Positions 12,439-26,755 are shown, counted from the whole stretch's first letter. The stretch: DNA of 63,289 nucleotides, filler included, from Octopus bimaculoides (GCF_001194135.2; 6 parts of 6 records of this genome joined end to end with filler, not necessarily neighbours in it), one strand, 5' to 3'. The notes: a model not told the origin generated them from the sequence alone. Numbers and translations: made by a program.

Positions 12439-14074
12439 CAAAGATAAAAATTAACAGGTCATTTTATTCCCACCAGTCAGTTTGTGAATTCAGCAAAAAG
12501 GTAAGATAAAACTTCCATCATTGATACAAAGGCTTTTGCATTTGAGAAGATTCACGGAAAACTTTTTGTTTCTTTTTGAGCATATTTTCCGAAAGTTTAT
12601 ACTGAAATCTTTTTGAAAAAATTGTTGAAAAAATTTGCTTGAACTGAAATCTCTTCATGCTTGATTCAAGCAAAAAAAAGATCGTCCATATTCAGAGGAA
12701 TATTTAAAATTTGGATTTATACCTGCTATCCACAATAAACTGTCACCAAGTTATGGGAAAAAAACTCAGTGCACACTCAATTGTTTGGGACGAGGCACCT
12801 ATGTGTCATCGTTATCTATTTAAAGCGCTGAATTGAACACTGAAGGATATAATGAACAATGATTTGATCTTTGGTGGCAAATTGATAATTTTAGGTGGTG
12901 ATTTCTGTCAAATTCTTCCAGTGGTTCGAAGAGCACAAAGGCCTTCTCTAATTGGAGCATGTTTGAAAAAAATCTGTAATTTGCACAAATGCAAAGTACT
13001 TCATCTCACCACTAATATGAGAGTGCAAAACTGTCTCTGCAATGATACCACCACCTCTCAAGCTCGACTGGCATGTCAATCAGTTTGGTTATTGCAAATT
13101 GGTGATGGAAGAATCCCCAATGTTCAAAGACAATTATATGATGATGTAATAGAGATTCCTCAGCAATTTCAAGTCAACAGCAAGGAGGATTTGATCAACC
13201 ATGTCTATGAAGATTCAGAGGTTAATTTTAACGATGCCTAATGGTTATCATCACAAGCAATATTGACAACAAAGAATGAAGAAGTTGACAATCTAAATAA
13301 CCACATAATCCAGAAATTTCCAGGTGAGACATATACTCTGAAGAGTATTGATTCTGTTGCAGAAGATCAACAATCTGCACTCTATCCTCCTGAATTTCTG
13401 AATTCTCTTAATATAAGTGGCATGCCACCTCACATTATCAAATTAAAAATGGGTGTTCCTATAATGTTGCTAAGAAACTTAGATCAGAGAAATGGGCACT
13501 GCAATGGTGCACGTTATAGAGAATTATTGGTGTCAAATAATATGACCAATGCAAGTAAAATAACTGGTGTTGATGCAGGATGCACACTTTTCATTCCCCG
13601 CATTATTCTGCAACCATCTGATACAGATTTGCCCTTTACTTTGAAAAGACGCTAATTTCCAGTGAGACCTGCTTTCGCGATGTCTATAAACAAAAGTCAA
13701 GGACAAAGCCTTTCTAAGTGCAGCATATACATGCCTGCGCCCGTATTTACTTATGGCCAGTTATATGTCGCTCTTAGCAGAGTTGGGGATCCAGTGAATC
13801 TTAAAATATTTGCTGATCAAAAAGAATTTACCAGATCAGGAACAAGTAGATATCATAATGAAAATGTAAGAAGACTTATGCGTAATGTTGTCTACATGGA
13901 AATAGTGTATGTAAAAAGTATTTGCCTATGTAAAAAGTATTTGCATAAATAAGAATATGTAAATATATTATCAAATTATATCTTTTGTGTATTTCTCAAA
14001 CAATAGCTGAATTAATTTGAAATGTTATTCTAAACATAGCATTGTTTTTTCCTTATTGACGGGTCATGTACTAG
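11522..14074 (+). mobile_element. Internally deleted Helitron with both termini
   Basis: A|TC 5' end (ATCTTATACTATAATAAGAGC), PIF1 helicase remnant, degenerate hairpin ...TGACGGG then CTAG|T at 14071-14075. Confidence 0.75.
12780..13952 (+). pseudogene. Helitron PIF1-type helicase, single frame with 3 premature stops
   Basis: [69 protein letters not shown]; stops at 12834, 13239, 13653 all in one frame. Confidence 0.95.
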
Positions 14075-14385
14075 TATAAATAAAATTAATGATTAGCATG
14101 ACTGTCTTCTGGGTGAAAAGGAAGATATGTGTTGTGACAACTGTGGTTTAACAAATGAAAATCAGTAATGTAAGTTAAGCATGCAGTGCCTCAGGGGCAA
14201 ACTGTGAGAGACACTGAAAGACATTTACTCTTATACCAACAAGTGGTGTTCCTTGCCTGACCTGTAATTGTATCTGTGATGCTGACTTTGACCTAAGAAG
14301 TCACAGCAGAGTCTACAAATTTTGACTATGTAATACAATTGTCTCTCACAGATTTGAGAGATTATTATTATTATTATTATTATTA

Positions 14386-14622
14386 AAGCAGTGAGCTGGC
14401 AGAAACGTTAGCATGTTGGGGAAAATGCTTAGTGGCATTTCATCTGTCTTTATGTTCTGAGTTCAAATTCTTGCAAGGTCAACTTTGCCTTTCTTTCATC
14501 CTTTCAGGCTTGTTAAATTAAGTACCAGTGAAACACTGGGGTCAATGTAATTGACTAGTCCTCTCACCAAAAATTTCAGGCCTCCTGCTTTTAGTAGAAA
14601 AGATTATTATTGTTATTATTAT
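14386..14622 (+). mobile_element. Dominant SINE copy inserted in (ATT)n
   Basis: Full head-to-tail match, flanked by (ATT)n on both sides; CpGs decayed. Confidence 0.85.
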
Positions 14623-15143
14623 TAGCAATGTAAGTTAAGTAAAATGGTTCCAACTAACAATCAAAATTCCAAATAGTAACAAGAAAAAAAAAAGAAAAAG
14701 AAAAAGAAAGAAATCCAATGAAAAGAAATTTCTGTAATTCCATAGTGAATGTTTGCCTACTTCAATAGTTACCAACTCCATTTCATAGTTGAATGATTTT
14801 ACAGCTAGATGCCCAGAAATGTCTTAACAAAAATATAAGCCCTGAGTAAAGCAATGTACTAGGACCTCTAGAATTTATTCATTGACAGAAAGCTACAGCA
14901 TACATAGATTAGCACTGGCCCCCTACACTTGTGTGTGTGTAAACTGAAAGAAGCCTCTCATATATATAAGATGATATGCATGTATGTGTGTGTATTTATT
15001 TTCCTATCCCTGCATGGGTCACACAGATACGTCATTGAAGCAAATGGTTTTGAAGGTGCAAGTGAGAATATGATTCATTGCCTATCGCAACCTCTTTGTA
15101 CATACAATTGTAGATATAAACAAACACAGACACACACACATGT

Positions 15144-15640
15144 ATCATCATCATCGTTTAACGTCCACTTTCCATGCTGGCCTGGGTTGGACGGTTCAAC
15201 TGAGGACTGGCAAGCCAGAAGGCTGTACCAGGCTCCAATCTGATAGGGCAAGATTTCTACAGCTGGATACCCTTCCTAATGTCAACCACTCCGAGAGTAT
15301 AGTGGGTTCTTTTTACATGCCACTAGCATGATGGCCAGTCTGGCGGTACTGGCATTGACCACACTTGAGTGGTGCTCTTTACGTGCCACCGGCACAAGAG
15401 CCAGTCAGGCAGCACTAGCAACGCCCATACTTGAATGGTGCTTTTTATGTACCAGTGGCCCATTCCTAATGCTAACCACTCCACAGGGTGTACTGGGTGC
15501 TTCTTATGTAGCACCATTACCAATGTTTTTTATGTGGAACCAACACCAGTGCTTCTAATACGGCACAGGAACCAGTGCTTTTTATGAGGTACCAGCACCA
15601 ACAGGATCACCAGGTATCTTGCAAGACAAGAATTCCTCAA
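15144..15640 (-). mobile_element. RTE LINE 3' UTR with internal ~60-bp subrepeats
   Basis: Reverse complement of the 4153-4381 tail starting (CAT)nCGTTTAACGTCCAC; similar tail pieces at ~480-640, 7700-7870, 16515-16680. Confidence 0.75.
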
Positions 15641-16360
15641 CTGGGGAGTGGGGAGAGTAGTACTGAAGGGGGTGGGTGGATTTAGCTGCTGTTTCTAGTA
15701 GACCATGTAACCTTCATTTGTTGACCCATAATTCTCCAAACCAAATCTCAGTCAAATAATCTCCATCAAATAACACCCCACTATCTTATAAAAAATGGAA
15801 GGGTATACTGTATACCATATTTGAGCTTTTTGACTTAGTCATTGGACTGTGGCTATGCTGGAGCACTGACTTATTGTATCAGTCTCTTCAGCCGAACTGC
15901 CAAGTTGTGTGGAAATAAACAAACCAGCACCGCTTATCAAGCAGGATACACACATAACTAGTTTCCACACAGTTTCTGTGTTCCAAATCCACTCACAATG
16001 TGTTAGTCGGCCCGGAGCTATAGTAGAGCTACCCTCGGTGCTGTGCAGTGGGACTGAACCAGGAACCATGTAGTTGCAAAATGAGCTTCTTCATCACACA
16101 ACCAAGAGATGATATGATCACAACTGGATCATCTTTGGTCATAGGACAGCCTGAACAGGACTGACCAAGAGATAAACAAGCTTCTCAAGGCTTAGTGAGA
16201 GTGTTACTATTTTTAGAATTACCAACAACAAACGAGGTGGCGGTGGTGGTTGTGCTTTTCACAGTCACTCAATCTACTAGAAATAACAGCCAGTTCTTAT
16301 AAAATCACACCATGCCACCTTAAAAGTATATTAAACAATGCAGCACTATATAGTCTGAAA

Positions 16361-16510
16361 GTGGAAGCACATGGTCTAGTGGTTAGAGCAGTGGACTCAC
16401 GGTTGAGGGATTGCGGGTTCGAATCTCAGACAGGATGATGTGTGTTTATGAGTGAAACACTTAAGCTCCATGCGGCTCCTGCAGAAGGTAATGGCGAACT
16501 TCTGCTGACT
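16361..16510 (+). mobile_element. Truncated OR-like SINE
   Basis: Head homologous to 6102 copy (A/B boxes). Confidence 0.7.
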
Positions 16511-16890
16511 ATATAAAATCATCCTTGTTTCAACGTCCACGTTTCCATACTTGCATGGATTGAATGGAGTTTATTGTGGCTGATTTTTCTATGGTTGGAT
16601 GCCTTTCCTGTTGTCAATCCATACCTGTTTCCAAGCAATATGTAACATGTTTCCGTAGAATACTGGAAATGAATGATATTCGTTTGTAACAATTGATACA
16701 AGGACACACACACACACATAAATGTATGACAAGCTTCTTTCAGTTTCCATCTTCCAAGTTCATTGACAAGGTTTTGGTTGGCCCAGGGCTATAGTTGAAG
16801 ACACTCGCTCAAGTCGATGTGCAATCGGATTGAACCCAAAACCATGTGGTTGGGAAGCATGTATAGGTAAGACAAAAATGGTTATACATT

Positions 16891-16942
<52 letters not shown>

Positions 16943-18899
16943 ACTTACGATGAAAGTAAACAAAGTTTGTTTTAGAAGCGTTGAGATGTATTGAAGGATA
17001 TATATATGTATGTATGTATGTATGCGTGTAAGATTTTGTCCCTTCTCCAATTGCTAGATGTCCATTAAATTTGAAATCTTAATTGTTGATATGACATGGT
17101 ATGTCATAAGTGTCTGTATATTGTACTTTTTGTCATTTTGGTTATAAAATNNNNNNNNNNGTCTGTATATTGTACTTTTTGTCATTTTGGTTATAAAATA
17201 AACAGATTAATCAACGGAATACAGTGTCTACAAGTTGATGAGTACCTCATATTCCCCTCCATTTTCTTATTGCTATATATATATTCAAGTGAAATTACAC
17301 CCGATATGATTAGGAAGAAAGTAAAAATAATCATTCAAAGCTCTATGTTCACAGATCACAATTGCAAGTTTTATGCTGCTACTTTATTTGAGCACGACGA
17401 GTTTATTGCCAGACTAAAGCGGCAATTTTAAACATGGAATAGTGCCCAAACTGTCACCAGCTATCATTAATTTCTAAGCAGTCCAATGTTTATTTCCGCT
17501 AGGCCTTCGAATACATTCAGCACAATGGCTGAACATGTTACCATGGAAGACTGCGAACAAATGACATCGCTTGTTTGGGAGGTGATGCACGATTATACAC
17601 ATGGTGCAGGATGTCAAGACAAAGAATTATGAGCCCTCACATCGATACATATACGACAGGTTTCATTCAGCTTCCGACATCCAAACCCACTTGCAAGGAT
17701 TTGGTTAGCTTGGGGCTATAGTAGAAAGCAGTTAGTGAAGGTGCTGCAGAATTGTACAGAACCGAAACCACGTGGTTTGCAAAGCGAACTTTGTAAACAC
17801 ACAAAAACGAGTGTATGCGCGCGTGCGTATATGCATCAATATATTAATTGGTTTGGATCTCAGCTCGGTAATCTCCAGCATGTAATTGACTAGCAGAGTA
17901 TATTGTTATCTACACATGTATATAAATGCGGTTGTCCGCTTGTTTTATCTTCCTTCTCTCGCTCTTTCTCTAAACAACTGAAAATGTGTTCTTCAAGTTG
18001 AACTAGAACCAAAACAATCATTTCCACGACACAATGTAACCTAACAGTGCACATTCTTTAACAACCTCTGCCTAACAGAAATCCATATAGCATGGTACTA
18101 CTGCTTTTGAGGTTAGGAATACCAGATTTCTTTAGGTGACCTAGTTGGAATGTTACGCTAAACATACTTAAACATATACTTATCTGTCTGCCAATTTCTT
18201 TCGCACTCTTTCTATATACTTGGTGGAACAAACAAGATAAACAAAACTCAGTACATGAGTATATGTATTTTATTATAAAAACCGGCAGATGTTACCTTGT
18301 AATCCAAGGACCGAGAGTTATGTGCATAACACCTATCAAAGGTCATCACCGTGTGAAACGCTTTAATTTAACCTCAAACTCTTGGGTCACTCTGTAATTC
18401 CTGCCGATTATAATAATCTCTTCATCTACAGACGATACTATTCAGATATATCTAAACACATTTTGTTATTATCGACAGGTAGCAATAACTTATGAATTTC
18501 GAAAAATTTTGTATTTTTTTCCCCTGTGAGAGCCAACAGCGTTAAAACAGGAACCTATGTGATTGACCTATTCGCTAGAAATAGCAGCAAAATTACGTCA
18601 AATCGCATTCAACCGTCTTAAAACAGCAAGATAGTTGTATTAAAGCTATTATGGTCCTAGACAGCAAAGTTGGAATTGTCACGGTTGGAACGCGTTTGAT
18701 CATTGGTCAAATGAATTGAGGCTAACCTGGGAGTAAACAATTACAGTTAAAGGATAGTTTGGAGTGTGTTTGAGGTGTTATTGTTAGGAATAAAGCTGAG
18801 ACGTATCTCAAGAATCAAGGTACACTGAGACACGACAACGTTATTATTTATAATGATTTCTGGCACTATCACGCTATTAGATGTCAGAAGTGAAAGTAG

Positions 18900-19050
18900 T
18901 CGCTGTCTGTCTGCCTGTCTGCCTGCATGCCTGTTGCTGCTCTGTCAGCCTGCTTGCCTGTCTGCCTGCATGCCTGCTGCTGGCCTGTCTGCCTGCTTGC
19001 CTGCTGAGCTATCTGTGTGTCCGTCTGTCTGTCTGTCTGCTGGTTTGAGT
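18900..19050. repeat. Degenerate (GCCT/GTCT)n low-complexity tract
   Basis: Direct inspection. Confidence 0.8.
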
Positions 19051-19288
19051 TGATACTTTGGCTTACTTACTGATATCTATCTACTATGTATCTATCTATC
19101 AATTATTAGAAAACACAAATTTAATATAAAAACATATTTCCTGAAATTGCAAATTATTTAAAATATAAAAATATAATTTTCAACAGAGNNNNNNNNNNNN
19201 NNNNNNNNNNNNNNNNNNNNNNNNNNNNNNNNTTAATTAATTAANNNNNNNNNNNNNNNNNNNNNNNNNNNNNNNNNNNNNNNNNNNN

Positions 19289-22200
19289 GGTACGATGGTA
19301 GCAGAACTGATTTATGATGCAGAAGAACAAATTAACATTCTCACAATGAAAAAAGGAGAAGCGCTTAACTGGAAGGGGCAGATTTGGAACTATTGGTCCA
19401 AACTTCGAACAAGACCCTTGAGGTCAGGCCAGACCAGACAGGATTTTTATAGGGGAGGAACGGTGGAGGGACGGCAGCCCAGATGTTTCAAATGTGGTGA
19501 AAAGGCCACATCCGCTCCGAATGTGAAAAAGTGAAAAAAACGACACAGAAGAAAGTAGTGGTCCCTCCCCAACAGGAGAAAGACGTACCGGAAAAAGCTC
19601 AACACAAAAAAGATACAGTCATAACCATGGAAACCCAAGAGAAAAATAAAATGCCTGAAACTACGACAGAAAAAAAAAATAACGAAGAAGAATTGGAGTA
19701 TAAGGTGGTAACTCACTAAAGGAAAAAACCCCTTGGCCCAGACTCGCCTCCCCTTACAAGAAAAAAGAAAAGACGTTGCAAAACACACAAAAAAAAATAC
19801 CTCCGTCCACTTCCAAAGTGAAACCCACCCATAAACCTCCACAAAAATACGACGAAAGAATTGTCACATACAATTCTAAAAATGAACTGTTGCACGAAAT
19901 CACAAAGAAAAAATATACTGTGTTAGGACCTATCGAAGGAAAACTGCCACACATACGTTTGGCAAGAATTAGTGCTGAACATTATGAACAGTTTAAACAA
20001 TGCTATGTAGACGATATTTATGATGTGAGTCACCACATTGTTAAAGAAAAAATAGTGCTAACACCAACGGCTACACCAGACAAAGACGGAACAGGAGGAG
20101 GGGACGAAAGTCGTGAAGCCCGCCTCAAGCTTAAAAGGTAAATATAACCACTTTTTATCATGGAGATTAAGTTAGGGTGTGTAAATGTACGTGGCCTGGG
20201 GTCAAAATAGAAGCAGGCATGCCTCCTAGACGACCTCAGGTCGCGAAAGATAGATATATGTGTTGTGACTGAGTCCAAGCTGAACGGCCCACAGTCGTTC
20301 TCGCCTATTCTGAACAACTACAAGAAATTTATTTCTCTGAGTCAAGGAAGGAGTGGGGGCGTTGTGGTACTGTTCAAAAAAAAGCTTGGCCGTACAGGTA
20401 AGTACAGTCTTTCTAGACCCAGAAGGTAGGATGATTGTTCTAGATGTGACACACGTGAGTAAGCAGTCATTCAGGTTGGTAGCAGTTTATGCTCCAAAAG
20501 AGGATAGACAAACAGTTTTCTTTCAAGACTTGGAAAATTTTCTAGTGACGTCGAAAACTTTAGTTTTAACAGGAGACTTCAACACTATTCTCAACGTGTG
20601 AATGGATAGTGGCGGCTCGACTAACAGAAGAGATAGCCCTGGCCTAAAAATGCTACTAGCAAGCTATAAACTAGTAGACCGCTACAGACTGGATGAACCG
20701 CTCGTTCCACAGTGGACGTGGTCTAATAACGACGGTTCACTCAGGTCTTACTTAGATAGGGTTATTATAAAAAATAGTGAGAGATATAGTTAGTTGTCCA
20801 CAATTTCACTGTACCTCTTACACAGATCATAAAATTGTGACGTGTGAGATACAGTTAGCTAAGTGTCATAGACAAGGGCCCGGGTACTCGAAGATGAACA
20901 AGTCTATCTTGACTAGTAAAGTCTTCCGTACTCGGGTTAGGGAGTTAGTTCAGAGGGCATTATGCGGAGCCATCGTGAACAACAGATGGTGGTGTGCCCT
21001 CAAAAGAGCCATTCGTTTAGAGTCTCTTAGATTTAGCAAAAAGCTAAGTGTAGAGGGGTCTAAATTAGAAGGGCATTTAACTAAGGAGTTAGAGGAGGCC
21101 ATAGCATCAGGCTCTGTATCCAGAGTGTTGGAGGCGAGAACGGTATTATTCCGTCACCTCGAAGACAAACACGAAAGTTGTAGAGTCAGGGCTAAGTTAC
21201 GCGCGGTAGGCAGAGAAGGTATTAATGTTGCCAGATGGGCCCGTCGTGTGGAGAATCGGAGAGGCAGAGAAGCTACTGTACAGTCTTTAATTGACGAACA
21301 GGGGCACTTGATTGAAGGACAGGAGATGCAGGCCTTTCATCAGCATTTCGCAAGGTTGTTTGGGACGAGCGAGGCGTTNNNNNNNNNNNNNNNNNNNNNN
21401 NNNNNNNNNNNNNNNNNNNNNNNNNNNNNNNNNNNNNNNNNNNNNNNNNNNNNNNNNNNNNNNNNNNNNNNNNNNNNNNNNNNNNNNNNNNNNNNNNNNN
21501 NNNNNNNNNNNNNNNNNNNNNNNNNNNNNNNNNNNNNNNNNNNNNNNNNNNNNNNNNNNNNNNNNNNNNNNNNNNNNNNNNNNNNNNNNNNNNNNNNNNN
21601 NNNNNNNNNNNNNNNNNNNNNNNNNNNNNNNNNNNNNNNNNNNNNNNNNNNNNNNNNNNNNNNNNNNNNNNNNNNNNNNNNNNNNNNNNNNNNNNNNNNN
21701 NNNNNNNNNNNGCAAGGGGGACCATATTAGTAATTTCAGGCTCATAACTCTACTAAATGTAGAGTAAAAAGATTTTGGCCAAGGTGCAAGCAAAAAGGTT
21801 GACGGTTGTCGCAGAGAAGCTTGTCAGGAAGGCGCAAACACGTGCCATCCCTGGCAGGTCGATCCAGGACAATCTTCATTTCTTATGCTACACCTTAGAC
21901 AGGGTGGGTAAAGTTTCCGGTAAAGGTGGGGCACTGGTTCATTTAGACTAAAGTAAGGCCTTCGATAGGGTTAACCATCAGTACCTGGCGGCAGTCCTTG
22001 AGGCGGCTGGGCTAGGCCTGGATTTCCGCGGCTGGGTTAGGCCTGGATTTCCGCGGTTGGATCAAGGCCATTTATGGTGGCATCAAATCCACTGTTCAGT
22101 TGAACAGTTACCTGTCGGAGCCGTTCAAGATCAGGCGTTCAGTCTGTCAAAGGTGCCCCCTATCTCCACTTCTGTACGTACTGTCTCTTGAGCCATTACT

Positions 22201-23042
22201 GCGGAAGTTGGAGAAGTTGGGAAGCACCACTAATGAAATCGGATGTGGTAAAGGTGTCTCGGCGTATGCAGATGATGTCACCATCACCGTATCCAAGATG
22301 ACTCAGCTACCTCGCATAGCAGAGACAATCAGAAGATACGACATGGTGGCAGGGGCAAAAGTTAACAAGGACAAGTCTGTCAGTTTGCAGCTCGGCACCT
22401 GGAGCAGCAAGCCGATAACGTCCAGTGTCCTACAACACTGGACGGATGGTCCTGTTAAGTTGCTTGGAGTTTGGTTTGGTCTGGACTCCCAGACGGAGAA
22501 GAATTGGAGTGATGTGACGGACAGGGTAGAGGCACTAACCCGGACCTGATCCGGAAAGGTGCTGTCCCTGAAAGGAAGGGCGGAGGTGGTGCAGACGTTT
22601 ATTGCGTCAGTTATTACCGTCGTCCCCTGCCCCGATTCATGGCTAAACAAGCTGGTTCGGATTTTCTTCTGCTTTTTGTGGAGGGGAAAGCCACTTGTGA
22701 GGCGCTCCGTGTGCTGTCAGGAACCGTTAAAGGGTGGCCTAAGGATGCCGTGGTTGTTGATGTGCAAACATACACTGAGACTAAGGCATCTCTGGTCTTA
22801 CCTGGATGGTGGTCAGGTATGGAATTCGCTCGCAGAGGACTTCTATCCATGACCAGCCTCTCTGGAGGAATTTAAACCTGGTTTGATTAAAAGACAAAAA
22901 AACGACTGAATGGCAAAAGGAACGTCGACAGGCACTTGCGCTAATCTACCACCTCTGCATTTTACAAAGGGTTGGTAGAGTTTAAAAGTGACGACGTTCT
23001 AGGAGAGACGCTAGGGCTCGATGAGAACCAGCTATCCAACCT
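19289..23042 (+). mobile_element. L1/Tx1-clade LINE, decayed: gag-like ORF1 and APE-RT ORF2
   Basis: CCHC knuckle CFKCGEK[G]HIRSEC (1-nt deletion, ~19484-19522); ORF2 from ATG 20160: NVRGL, TESKL, GDFN, YLDR, TDHK; RT: KAFDRV, CPLSPLLYVL, AYADD. Confidence 0.92.
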
Positions 23043-24500
23043 TTTGGAAGGCGTATTTCTTTGACAAGAAAGAGCAGATAACTGATGTACCCGAGAATGA
23101 ATTGAAATTTAAGAAATTGTTCCGTTCCAGAAACAACCCACTTTATAATTATAGGTTGGATAAATTTGAGGAAGACATTTGGTTGATTGTTAAGAATGTT
23201 AAGTTTCGTAAATCGCCATGCAAGAACCAACATTTGAGATATCTTAACACTGTTGCCAAACAAGTGAAGAGTAATAAAGGAATTTTCATTAAATCTGACA
23301 AGACCGGAAATATTTATAGACTGAATAAGGAGCATTACATGAATTTACATAGGAAGGAGATTGAAAAAAATTATAAAATTACAAATGGATGGACGCTCAG
23401 AAAGACTAATTTGGAAGTGAAGAAAATAATGGANNNNNNNNNNATTTTACAAAGGGTTGGTAGAGTTTAAAAGTGACGACGTTCTAGGAGAGACGCTAGG
23501 GCTCGATGAGAACCAGCTATCCAACCTTTTGGAAGGCGTATTTCTTTGACAAGAAAGAGCAGATAACTGATGTACCCGAGAATGAATTGAAATTTAAGAA
23601 ATTGTTCCGTTCCAGAAACAACCCACTTTATAATTATAGGTTGGATAAATTTGAGGAAGACATTTGGTTGATTGTTAAGAATGTTAAGTTTCGTAAATCG
23701 CCATGCAAGAACCAACATTTGAGATATCTTAACACTGTTGCCAAACAAGTGAAGAGTAATAAAGGAATTTTCATTAAATCTGACAAGACCGGAAATATTT
23801 ATAGACTGAATAAGGAGCATTACATGAATTTACATAGGAAGGAGATTGAAAAAAATTATAAAATTACAAATGGATGGACGCTCAGAAAGACTAATTTGGA
23901 AGTGAAGAAAATAATGGAAAAGTATGATCTTCCGGACAGAACTGAACCTATAGTGCCTAAGGAACCGCGGTTTCTTCTTAAAGATCATAAAATTAATTTT
24001 TGGTCTCAGCCATCTTTGAGGCTTATTTGCCCGGCTAAATCTGACATTGGGATAATTAGTGAAAGTATTTTGGATAGGTATATTCCTATTATAATTGACG
24101 GATTAATTTTGAATTTATGGTCTAGTACTAATCAGGTTATTGAGTGGTTTCATTCTATTGAGAACAAAGGTAATGCTAAATTTATACAGTATGATATTCC
24201 TAATTTTTATGCTTCTATTAACCCAATCATACTAAATAAGACTCTTTGGTTCTTTCATAATAAGGCAGGGCTTACTAGGGATGAAATAGAAGTAGTGTTA
24301 GCTGCTAGGAAGTCGTTTATTTCTTTTAATGATAAGATTTGAATTCGTAAAGATACTCCTAATGCTTTCGATGTTCCCATGGGGAGTTCTGACTCAGCTC
24401 AAATAGCGGTTCTTATATTTTGTATGAATTGGTTGATCAGTTCCCTATGGTTAGAGGTGCTTTATATAGGGACGATTGTCTTCTTTATATTAGGAATTGT
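23043..24500 (+). mobile_element. Penelope-like (PLE) reverse transcriptase fragment
   Basis: KSDKTGNIY, LKDHK..F, RLICPAKSDIG, FIQYDIPNFYASI, FDVPMGS, and frameshifted LYRDD at 24462-24476; no EN seen. First 485 bp duplicated across a 10-N gap (artefact). Confidence 0.85.
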
Positions 24501-24539
24501 TAATAGATTTATGCACTTTTTCTCTGTCTAATATTGTTA

Positions 24540-26620
24540 AAGCCCACCTACTCAATACACCCATATCATTGGTTTCAAATTTTTTGTCACGTGCATGAAA
24601 TTATTGTGAACAAAATTTACTCATTTTTCCTCTATTGCAGATATAAATTTTGAATACTAAATTTTCATGAAAAACATTGATGAAATTTTATTTTCTGTTG
24701 ATGAACAACTTCACAAGGGTCTAAATCATTGGATTCATATGCTGGTTGCTACTTCTCTGTAAACAGGTAATCACAAAATGCAATTTACTTCTGTGTCCCA
24801 TAAATGGGACGCTGGCAAACTGCAGTAGCTTTTGCCTCAGTATTTGTAATTTTCAAATTCAGTGATGTAGTGAAATATGGTATGGAAATGTGATATAAAA
24901 TAAATTTTGACTTCTATAACAATTATAATAATTATTATTCTTTTTATTTTATTAGCACAGAGCCATGTTACGTTCAAGAAATGGGCTAACGCTAGAGGAA
25001 ATTTCCAATTATCTCCAAGAACTCAGTGATAATGAAAACATAAAAGATGACTCGATAAAAGACATAAATGTGGCTATTATTCCCCCTGATGCTGATAATC
25101 TAATCAATGAAGATGATTTGGACGAAAATGATGCTGCAGATGAGGCAAATGTAAACAAATTTGCTGGAACATGAAGTGGAAGGTATTGAAAAGGACCAAC
25201 AAGAAGATGCAAGCACAGTACAGCAACCTACAAAACAAACTAAGAGTTCCATTATTTCTGCTCCAAAATGGAAAAAAATAAACCCGGAGTATTCAGTGGA
25301 AATGACTAAATCAACTGATTTAGATAATGCAATGCTAGAAAATATTGGAAATCACACAGTAGAAGAAATCTTTGAGCTTCTCTTCTCCAAAGATTTACTT
25401 GAGGATATTATTCATTATAGCATCGAGTATGCAAAGCAGATAAATAATCATGAATTTACTATAAGTAGTAATGAACTCAAAGTATTTATTGGAATTCTTC
25501 TACTTAGCGGTTATCACAAAGAACCCCAAGAAGACATGTATTGGGAGCTACTTCCAGATGCTGGTGTGCCTATTGTGTATAATGCAATGATTTGAGCAAG
25601 ATATAGAGAAATCAAGAAGTATCTCCACCTTTGTAATAACTCAAACTTGGATAATAAGGATAAATTTGCAAAAGTGAGACCATATCTCAATAAGCTGAAA
25701 GGAAATTACATGCAATTTGGAGTCTTTGCAGCTCTTCTTTCCTTGGATGAGATGATGATAAAATATTTTGGGATGCATTCTGCCAAAATGTTCATGAGAA
25801 GCAAGCCAATCAAATTTGGATACAAGTTTTGGTGCCTCTGTAGTTACAATGGGTACCTTTTCAATTTTGATCCGTACTATGGCAAAGGAGATAGTGATAG
25901 CAAAGAACCACTAGGGATGAGAGTAGTGAAAAAATTGACTGATGTTTTGCCATCAGGAGAACAATCATATCAACTGTTCTTTGATAATTTCTTCACAAGC
26001 ATTGAAACTCTTGCATTGCTTCGAGAAAAACATTTGAAGGCCACTGGAACAATTCGAGAGAATTGTTGTAAGAAATGTCCAATGATTGATTACAAGACCA
26101 TGCAGAAGAAAGAAAGAGGACATATTGATTACAGAGTTGACTGCACAAATAAAATACTTATCACCAGATGGAATGACAATAAACCTGTTTCTGTTGCAAC
26201 AAATTATAGTAGTGTATACCCAACTGTCACTGCCAGGCAGTACTCACAAAAGGAGAAGCAACACTTGAATGTCAATATGCCTAAATGCATATCAGAATAT
26301 AATCATAACATGAGTGGTGTTGATATGCTTGACAAACAAGTTTCACTTTATAGGACTCGTATACGTGGCAAGAAATGGTGGTTCCCCATGTTCACGCAGT
26401 TTTTTTATATCACCGTTGTGTATGCTTGGTGCTTGTATCAGGAAGCATCTACTGATAAAACAATGTCACTCTTGACTGCACGCAGGAAAATTATACTCAG
26501 TTACCTATCGAAGCCAACTGCTTCAGATTGCAAGCGTTCAGGGCGGAAGACTAAAATTTCAAAAGGCAGAGTAAGTGAAGCTATTCGATTAGATGAGGGA
26601 AACCACTTGGTACAACCCAT
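24540..26620 (+). mobile_element. piggyBac transposon remnant (transposase 24965-~26620, frameshift + stop, 3' end lost)
   Basis: Catalytic motifs LSLDEMM, FFDNFFTS, GVDMLD; KPIKFGYKFW; subterminal GTCCCATAAATGGGAC palindrome at ~24794-24809; no C-terminal CRD or 3' TIR. Confidence 0.9.
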
Positions 26621-26755
26621 GTGTACCTTAGTGATGGATTGTGTCAATCGTTTTACAAGTAAAGAACTCTTCTCTATATCTATATAACTTCTGGTTGAGT
26701 TACTTCAGTGATATATAAACTTTTTTTTTAAATGAATTAGACTGACATGTTTATT

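Noticed and set aside
17100-17210. Short direct duplication
   Set aside because: Also flanks a 10-N gap; assembly artefact.
17330-17640. Candidate host exons (e.g. MAEHVTMEDCEQMTSLVWE)
   Set aside because: Splice-like sites exist but there is no recognisable protein or multi-exon consistency.
22959-23918. Apparent perfect 485-bp tandem duplication
   Set aside because: Identical copies flank a 10-N gap: unmerged contig overlap.
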